Shown here: positions 50,871 to 54,861 of the stretch, one piece after another
How the letters are laid out: each line of letters starts with the position of its first letter
Numbering within the stretch: the stretch's first letter is position 1
Assembly: GCA_001938485.1 (NCBI GenBank)
Contig: MQRK01245678.1
Span: 1 to 54,861 of the forward strand
Direction of reading: 5' to 3'
Origin: Girardia tigrina
Lineage: Eukaryota
DNA length: 54,861 bases
Notes under the pieces: generated by a model
Told to the model about the DNA's origin: nothing
What the model saw: the letters and a program-made list of their open reading frames with translations, nothing else
Databases searched by the model: none
Position numbers and translations under genes: made by a program

Positions 50871-53460
50871 TAATAATTATAAAATAGTTTGTTGTGTAAA
50901 TTATATAACAGGGATATAGAGAATGCACATTGTGATTCGGAAAATGATTTTTGTTTGAATAGTTGAATTTACGCGCATTATTTGAAGCTGTGATTGCGGT
51001 GAATATATATCTTTATTGAGTTTATTTATTACTTATTATTTATCACAAGCTATCACGGTAGTCTATGATGATCAAATCGGGGGATATTATCAGTCGTTAT
51101 GACGGTACCAGCGACTTCTCGGAGTGGATTTCCAAATTCGAATTGGTGAACCGTCTCCAGAAGATAGAGAATTTGGAATCGATGATGCTACTGTTCCTAT
51201 CTGGTGGAGCTTTCATCGTGTATGACGGCCTGGTGCATGGAGTGAAAAACCAGTATTTGGAGATCAAACCCGCATTAGAAAGGGCGTTCTGTATCGACCG
51301 ATTTGCGGCATTCGGTGAATTATGTCGCAGGACACTGACAGATAAATAGTCCATAGATGAGTTCGTGGCCGATGTAAAAAGAATGGTGCGTTTGATAGAT
51401 TGTAATGCTAGTAATGAGTGGATAAAGAGCTCCGTTACATTGGGACTTCCGGATCCGGTTAAGCAGTCAATCAAGTCGACCTGCTCGGTGAAATAGCGGC
51501 AGTTATCTGATATTATCCCGATGGCACGAGTGATGAATTAATCGGATCCATGTATGGTAGAACGATATCAGATAAGGGGACTTCATAGTGATTTTGGAAA
51601 CCGGACGAATAAGGGCGACGGAGGAATGGCTGACTGAACAACTTATAACGATCGTCGAGCAGAAAGGAGGTTTGTCAAGTGTAACAACACGGGACACATA
51701 GCCCAATTTTGCAGAGCCGCGCCTCGGAGGTGCTTTATCTGCGACGATGGGAGCCATGTGGCGAATCAGTGTCCACATAAATCTGAAAAGCAACCAAAAA
51801 ACGAGTAATGAAAAGGCAGGTATGCACAGCTGTCTTTCCATGTCAATATGAGCAGTTGCCCGGGTTTGATGTTGGACTGAATGATCGAATGGTGTGGATG
51901 TGTGTGGATTCTTGCAGTAGTAGGTCTATTGTGGTTCAGAAACATGTAAAGTTACTTAAACTCCGGAGAGCTAACGTGTATATTGTAATGTTGAACGGGG
52001 TGAGTCTGCAAGGTGCATTAATTTGTGATGTTAGTGTAAATGTCTGAGGAAATGAGATAGTGTTGAATTGTGAGGTTGTGGACGAGTGACCGGGTGTGAG
52101 CTGCTTATTAGTCTTGATGGTATCAGGAAGTTGCATGGGGCTAACATTACAGCAAATGGAGATGTAACTTTCGGAATTGAGATGGAGTTGTCGAGAATGG
52201 CGGATGTATGTAACGTGAGCGTCGGTCGGTGTGGCGATGATATGAAGAGCACTGTGAGGGGTAACAACATTGACCGTGAAGTGAAACTTAGTGTGGCGAA
52301 ACCGGAACCGCAGATTTTAGATAAGGATTTTGATGCGTGGCTTGATGGTGAAAACTGGATTGTCAGTTATCGATTGATTGAACCAGGTGGATGAATTGTG
52401 TTGAAGAACAGTTTATCATCGTATTCAGTTAGACAGGAGATTCAAGGCGAGTTCAATACTGAGATCGAGAAATGGATTCAGGAGAGTTGGTAACAAGAGT
52501 GCAATGCGCACGAAGGAGAGATCATTCCGTTGATGGCCGTTCATCAACATAACGAAGGCAAGGTCAGGCCAGTGTTTGATTTCAGGGAACTGAATGAATT
52601 TGTGTCCAGTCATTCGACAGAAAGTTATATTTATGCCGAAAAGCTCAGAAGATGGCGCAGAAATGGATCAAACCTCTGTATTATAGATCTGAAGACAGCA
52701 TACATGCAATTGCATGTAACACGAGAGCCATGGAAGTTCCAGGTGGTTCGGTTTAGAGGAAAGTCATGTATGCTGACCCGTCTCAGATTTGGATTAAACG
52801 TGGAGCCAAAAATAATGTCGGTGGTAATCAAGTTCGTTTTGTCGAGTAACCATGTTGTTAGAGATACCACAGATTCATATGTGGAGGATATAATTGTGGA
52901 CTTGAGTAAGGTTAGCAGTCAGGAGATTTTGAAGACACTCAAGAATTTTGGACTTCAGGCTAAACCAGCGGAACCGTTGTGTGAGAGACGACTTTTAGGA
53001 TTGAGGGTGGTTGAAGAGAATGGAGTGATGAAATGGAAACGGGACAACGTCCTTCAAGAAGTGAGTAGTGAGATGACAAAGAGACAGGTGTTTTCGTGGT
53101 GTGGTCAAACAACTGGGCATTTTCCTGTTGCTGGATGGTTATGACTCACGTGTAGTCTGATGAAGCGAATAGTGAGCGAGCTAAAGTGGGATGATAAGAT
53201 AGATGAAACAAGGGCTGGAATGTTGATGAATATTCAGAAGCGTTTGAATAAATGTGATCCAGTGGGCAGAGTACGGAGTATTCCGAAGTCAAAAATGGAT
53301 CGTGTATGGTGTGATACGAGTAGCCTCGCGATCGGTGAATGTTTGTAGGTAAATCACATCATTTTAGAAGATAATTGCTCGTTACAGAAGAAAAAGGATG
53401 TCTGCCACATTAATCTAGCAGAATTAGAAGCGGTGTTGAAGGAAGTCAATATGGTATTCT
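50869..53460 (+). mobile_element. gypsy LTR retrotransposon: LTR 50869-51047, atypical PBS, gag with two knuckles, PR, RT, RH; 3'-truncated
   Basis: YDGTSDFSEW, CFICDDGSHVANQC, slippery A AAA AAC near 51797, VDSCSSRS, KVRPVFDFRELN, IDLKTAYMQL, RFGLN, SYVEDIIV, GHFPVAGWL, WCDTSS, HINLAELEAV. Confidence 0.9.
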
Positions 53461-54324
53461 GTTTGTATTATTTATAAATTTAAATCACATTTAATAAATA
53501 ATCGAAACTCTTTTTACCGGTACTCAATTAAGTTTTCAAATGCAATTATTTAGTTTCATTTGCATAGTTTGAAATTTCCTTTATATTAGCGAAATATTTA
53601 TATTGTTTTATAAAACAAACATTTGTTGACATTTTTGATCTAATATAAAAATAATGACTTAGGAACTTTTATAACTTTGTTTGAGAATATCCTGCAATAA
53701 TTTCAATTACATTTTAAGAAGTTTCTCGGTAAAGAGAATCAAATGGCTAAAATTTACTTTATTGACCTTCTCTGATAATGTTTGTTAAGGAAACAATTTA
53801 AATTTAATAAAATAATTTTGTCTTAAATTTTCATAAAATCGTATTTTGTGTTTGAACGTTGTAGGATGTAATTTTTCATTCTAGGTACAAATTTATTATT
53901 ATTATTATCAATTATTATATTCAAAATTTTATTAAAAATAATTTATATTTCTAAAATAGAAAATTTTCTATTTGGCTGTTAACAATGCATGCTTATACTA
54001 TACATTCATATGTAACCGAACTTCTCACAAAAATTCTCATCGAAAGAAATGACGAAAGATAGTTTGTTTCCAAATAATATATGTACTACCTCAGAGATTT
54101 CCGTGATCTCCATTCGAATAATTAGATTGCGCTATTTTCAAACTGTTGAAAAAATACTTTATAGTTTTGGTACATCAAAATAGAAATATAGATAATTTGT
54201 AAAGACTCTAAACTTTCGTTTACCCAAAAATTGCAAATTTATTATTGAAAACATTCTGAGAGACTGATAGAAAATTGATTACATTGTTATCAAATAGAAA
54301 CAAAAATATTAACTCTTTTCTTAA

Positions 54325-54580
54325 AAATTTCTTTGAGAGAACCTGGATTAAAAAATTACATATTTAAATATAAAATCTTAGTATATTGTGTTAGTTTAAT
54401 ACATAGTGTGGATGGACCTGATGAAGGGATTGTTATCTCGAAACGCGTCGTCTTCCTTTTATCCCTTGTATATAGTTTATATTTTACCGATACAATCGAA
54501 AATTTTGCGATAGATTATGAAAGAACAAAGAAATTCAAAACGGAAGTATTTTGTTGGTGTGTGATTGTTTTACACTGACC
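54325..54580 (+). mobile_element. Penelope-like 3' end/pLTR
   Basis: LREPGL resembles the endonuclease-terminal P.GLN motif and is followed by a hammerhead. Confidence 0.55.
54415..54452 (+). ncRNA. minimal type I hammerhead ribozyme, intact core
   Basis: GAC CTGATGA A GGGA-TTGTTA-TCTC GAAA CGCGT C GTC, with palindromic stem III ACGCGT and a GUC cleavage triplet at 54447-54449. Confidence 0.8.
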
Positions 54581-54619
54581 AAATGCGTTTACAAAATTTT
54601 ATTATCATAAAACAATTAG

Positions 54620-54861
54620 AAAATTAGGGTCACAGAGGACCACAGAGAAAGCGCCGTTTTAGACTACAGCGTCTTTTAAACGTCCAGTGATTGAATTCGT
54701 TCCAGGATTGAGTTGGTAGGCGTATCCTTGGAACAGGGTTTGTAGCAGAGAGTGTTGTGCTTCGCTCAAGTTGATGCGCAGTGTTTGATGTTGGAGATTA
54801 CACATCTTCTCCTGAGACTATTGATTGCGGTTTCGGATAACTTCAAATCCACTAGTACCTC
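54620..54861 (-). mobile_element. RLE-type (NeSL-like) non-LTR 3' end
   Basis: EVLVDLKLSETAINSLRRRCVISNIKHCAST*AKH resembles the post-RLE terminal helix and parallels 21560-21640. Confidence 0.45.

Overview
AT-rich, repeat-saturated animal genomic DNA with N gaps. The 28S fragment and the transposon mix suggest a flatworm (triclad-like), which is an inference. Three host genes are supportable: the 3' four exons of DNA polymerase alpha subunit B (POLA2, +, 1216-7973), a three-exon synaptogyrin (-, 26614-37154, 222 aa, 9.8-kb intron 2) and a single-exon GT31 beta-1,3-galactosyltransferase-like gene (-, 46019-46960). The rest is mostly decayed, often nested mobile DNA: three mariners, DD37E and DD41D Tc1/mariner elements, two KIAA1586/ZNF862-type hATs, MITEs, several Ty3/gypsy lineages with solo LTRs, RTE pieces, NeSL/R2-type (RLE) non-LTR pieces, Penelope-like fragments with minimal hammerhead ribozymes, a 28S pseudogene and three 21-22-bp minisatellites. 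The strongest novelty candidate is a primer-binding site shared by two divergent gypsy elements. It lacks TGG (LTR-CA|AGCTATCRCGGT) and its complement matches tRNA nucleotides 1-12 in register, hinting at priming by a 5' tRNA fragment. Other leads are an RTE-derived non-autonomous element sharing its tail with a LINE in the window, a duplicated structured GC-rich 155-bp element, an LTR family with a shared head but different bodies, and a Ginger-like foldback element. All family calls come from motif recognition by eye, with no database searches.
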